Shown here: positions 59,971 to 64,000 of the stretch, piece after piece
Numbering within the stretch: the stretch's first letter is position 1
Layout: each line of letters starts with the position of its first letter
Source: Carcharhinus amblyrhynchos
Taxonomy: Eukaryota
Length of the DNA: 64,000 nt
Assembly (NCBI GenBank): GCA_965287045.1
Contig: OZ336874.1
Coordinates: 44,206,001-44,270,000 of the forward strand
Direction: 5' to 3'
Notes under the pieces: generated by a model
The model's database searches: none
What the model saw: the letters and a program-made list of their open reading frames with translations, nothing else
Told to the model about the DNA's origin: nothing
Program-made: the position numbers and the translations under genes

Positions 59971-62399
59971 AATGAAAGCCTACTTGGGAACTGTTTCCTC
60001 TCAAGTTGAAAGATAGGATACATCTGATGAATTCATTTGAGGAATATTTCCTGGAAATCTGCTTTTTATAATTTCAGCATCTAGCATCGAAGAAAACAGT
60101 TTCTATCAACCTTGTTTTGGATCAAACAATGGAGCAAGGTTATAACTGATTCTTCCTTGAGACTCTATTTGTATGGTGGCACGCCCATTGGAATCAGTTA
60201 GTGTAGAAATTTGGAGAGTATTGACAATTATCATGTTCTCCATCTATAGAATTAATGCTGAAATATTCTGTTAACTCACCTGACAGATTTTTGAAGCTTC
60301 ATTGTCAACACAAAGAAAAGCTTTTAAGTAAGTTGTATCGAATAAGTGTCTCTGCCAATTACATAATTAATGGACACCAACCACAACTTCCTTTTCAATG
60401 CCATTCCCATTCTTCATGGAAAAAATCTTGCCACCTAGGGGAACTTTTCATGTCCCTTTACCTCTCTAACAATGCCCACATTTCACCATCTATTTGCAGC
60501 TGCACGTGCATAACATGTTCCCATGTGCTTCTGAGTGCACTAGGCTCTACGCACTAAATCAACTCACCAAAAGATATAAATCTTAAACTGACCAATCAGA
60601 AACAGACAAAAATTGGATAGACAAAATCCAGCTATTAGTATATACGCTGTCAGAATAGTGGCAATGCAAACCCTGTGTGCCCCTGTCCCTTTTCTTGACC
60701 CTGTGATCTGCAGCTACTCAAACTAGGTCCTGCTCAACATTTCCCAAGTTGTGTAGCTATCCAAAACTCTCTGTGAAAGCTGATCCCTTTTAAATTAACA
60801 AAAGTTTAAATTGGCCACAGGTTTAAATAGTTCGTACATTTCAAAATTAAAATAGGGGGCATGTTGCTCTTGCTCATTGTCTAACAACGTGCACCAAATA
60901 ATTGTAGTGGTTCCTGGATTAAAATCCCGTGAAATGAAATTCTTCAGATCTTTTTTCATCATTTATGTTCATCACTTGAGTGAAATACCATGTTGTAACA
61001 TCAGCAGAATTCTACATACAACTGATGGCTCAGGACAAAAACTCTAACCAGCAATTTAACACAATAACAAAGGATGACTGAGACAAAATGTATAGATTAA
61101 CATTTACAGAATTTGGCAATTCAGATGGTTCTTCTGTCAAAGAAGTCAACTGTTGAAATTATATTAGCACAACTGAAGCCAAACTATCGTTCAGTTATAT
61201 GGCAAATTCAACCTCTGCTATTTGTTTTTGCTTTGAAATTGTTAGTAGTTCATTTCCTGTTTCAAATATCGCTTGCTATAATCTGTTTACACCCTCAAAA
61301 TCTAAATCTTCAAGATGTCCTGTCCCCAGTAAGGGGTAAAATATTCACACACCATTGTTTTGTTTCTGGGTCCTGTACAATTTATGTTAGTTTACTCTTC
61401 AATCCAAGAATTTTCTTTCATGCACTAGATTTCTTATATTTAGAGTTTTTAATTCACAAATTTAAACATGAGCAGTACTGCAAAGAGTTGGAAGGATTTT
61501 TTAAGCCAAGATTTTCACACGGATAACCATTGGGTTATTCTATGATTATAAATTAACATTCAAAAACCATTTTCATCAGCTTGGTACAGCTGAAGAGACA
61601 TTCCTCAAAAGGTTAATAATTGCCTTTATTTTGGCTGGATTTTTGCACTCAATCAGACAGGCAGGAGTAATGTTCTCCTTTGGGCAAACATGAAATGTGG
61701 CATAATGATGCGAGCTGGAATTCAACATCATCAAGCCAGTCTCAAATATAAATCAGAAACTGCCATTTTGAATCACCAACTAACAAGCAATTGGGCTTGT
61801 TAAAAAGCCAGCTGTGTAGAGTTTATTGTTGCACACTTGTGTTTTTCAAGCCCTGGACAGGAAAATGCTAGAGTGAGTGTGCTTCATGACAAATATATTG
61901 TGGCAGAAAAAAAAGACTTGGATCACAAGCAGATGTAGCATTCTTGTGGTGAAGGTAGCAGCATCTGCATGTTTTCTCAATTCATTCTGCAGTTTTCTGA
62001 GCCCTCAAGAAAAATTAAAGAGACATTTAGAAACCACAGGACCATTAAACTTTTAGCCACAACTACATCCTATTTGTGGCAATACCCCTCTCTCGCATGA
62101 AGTCTCCGTGTACAGTCCTGAATGGTCTCCTTCCTACTGACAGCCTCTACTTGGACATGCTTGATTGGACAAGCTGAGGCGGCACAGGGCAAAGCAGCAA
62201 GTTTCCATATTGTCACCCTCATCCTGCTGAAAAATATAAAACCCAGCCCCATCACTGGGAATTAATTGGCTTGAGATCATCTGCACACATTTCAACCGGA
62301 GGTCATTGTTTAGTTATTAGAACTAGGAACCCTAAACAATTTTTGCTTCTCCTATTTTGGGAAAGCCCAGAACAATTTTTAATGACACAGTGACACCAA

Positions 62400-62800
62400 C
62401 ATTTTGCTTTAAATGTTCACGGGATGTGGGCATTGCTGGCTAGGCCTAACTGCCTTAGAAAAGTTGGTGATGAGTCTCTTTCTTGAACTGCTGTTGTACA
62501 TGTGACGTAGGGATACCAACAATGCTGTTAGGAAGAAAGTTCCAGAGTTTTAACCCAGCAATTATGAAAGAGTGGCAACATAGTTCCAAGTCAAAATGGA
62601 ACTTGGAGGGGATGGTGTCCTCATGCATCTGCTGTCCTTGTTCAAGAGGTTGTGGAAGGTGCTGGCAAAGGAACAGTAGAGCAGCTCATAGTGTAGACGG
62701 CACTCACTGTTGTCACTATGCATTGGTGGTGGAGGGATTGACTGTTTAAGGTGCTGTATGAGGCAGAGTGAACAATCATTAAAAGAAGCTTGTTCCATGT
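62400..62800 (-). mobile_element. LINE 3' fragment
   Basis: Reverse-complement similarity to 55100-55430. Confidence 0.6.
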
Positions 62801-64000
62801 CCCATGTTGTTTGATGCTGGGATGCTGTTTGCCCTTTATTTTAACATCATTGCTTCAGAGACCGCATGTGACTTTTCACTTCTAGGTTGAGTTCCTTGAT
62901 TTGTGCACATGCACAACAAGCAGCTGAGCATGTATGCAGCACTCTCCTCATGGTGGCCCATTCCTGCAGTCTGGACAACCCCTCCCCTCCACCTGATTCC
63001 TCATGCCAGCATCCCATCGATCTTTTTCCCAAGAGTTGATCCCCCTGTGATGAGGTGTCAATCAAGTGGGTTGCTGTGACTTGGATGATGTTTGGATGCC
63101 CTTATCCTGATTGATGTTCCTGACATATGCCCATTAACCCATGGCCTATAAACAATTTAGCTTGACCAAGATGGAGACTAGACGTCAAGTGACTCTGTTC
63201 CTGGATCATTGAAAAGTAAATGACCATGAGTGCCGGACTCTCTGGAGGAATCTCCCTTGATGAGCCATTCAAAATGCAGGACAACTTATGGAACTTACAG
63301 CTCCTATTGTCTGGGTACTTACAGATACTCAAGTAAAATTGTTTCCCAGAGTCTGTGAACTAGAAACCTAACAAAGAGAAGTATGAATAAATCTGTTTAT
63401 CACAAAAAGGTGTAATGGTCACTTTCATTCCTCATTTGCATAGCAATAGCTTCTCACTTAATAAAATTACTTTTGCAGGAAGTAGGCTAACCAGGCCAGA
63501 ATTTATGAGCCACGTGTGTGGATAATGGAGGCATTTATTCTGTAGTCACAAGGTCAAAACTGACTTCAGATAACATTTTATCCTAAGGATCAATCAAGAA
63601 TAGGTCAGTCTGGGACAAGCATCACAATGGGGAATCACCACCTAGCAGTAATTACAGAACACTACTGAACAACCAGTTAACTCAGGCACTGACAGAGAGG
63701 TTAATTTGTTCCCACCCATAAGAATATCTCTATTCTACACAAGCTCAGTCACAACATTGCAAGAAAAACCCAGTGACTTTCAAATTACACTTATCGTCAA
63801 AGAACTAAAAGAACAAACCCAACAGGTCTGCAACGCCTGCATGTTAAAGAATTCATTTGAATCAAGTGATTTGTTTCATGTTATTCTGTAAATAACTTAA
63901 GTGCATGCGTCATCTTTAAAACTTATTTTTGTGTGTATATGTGTCTGTGCATTTGAAGGCACGTGTTTTCATTGTGTCTACATTCTGTGTAAATAAATTT

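Noticed and set aside
57646-64000. Further SMARCA2 exons (bromodomain) or the short ORFs at 60255, 61113 and 62070
   Set aside because: No recognisable bromodomain or acidic exon; the ORFs lack homology cues, and the region is treated as SMARCA2 intron
1-64000. CRISPR arrays or prokaryotic defence systems
   Set aside because: The sequence is spliced vertebrate DNA with no regularly spaced repeat-spacer arrays or operon-like ORFs

Overview
AT-rich, CpG-depleted vertebrate genomic DNA. The SINE and CR1 repeat content suggests a shark or other elasmobranch; that assignment is an inference. The left 40 kb (minus strand) holds one spliced LDL-receptor-family gene most similar to VLDLR. It has a signal-peptide exon (ATG at 39950) followed by at least three tandem, frame-compatible copies of the ectodomain cassette (LDL-A repeats, EGF-A, EGF-B, YWTD propeller, EGF-C), and I see no transmembrane or signal exon between the cassettes. 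I traced 37 coding exons (5809 nt, about 1936 codons, 19 LDL-A repeats); the gene continues past position 1. Further details are a dead LA2 pseudo-exon in cassette 3, three GC-AG introns, and a CpG-retaining promoter with CCAAT boxes and an SRE-like motif. The last two coding exons and 3' UTR of SMARCA2 (minus strand) lie upstream, matching the known SMARCA2-VLDLR linkage. The rest is introns and intergenic DNA with decayed LINEs, tRNA-derived SINEs, a palindromic short repeat, two U2-snRNA-headed repeats and a 327-bp local duplication. Exon coordinates were read by eye from splice sites; repeat boundaries are approximate.
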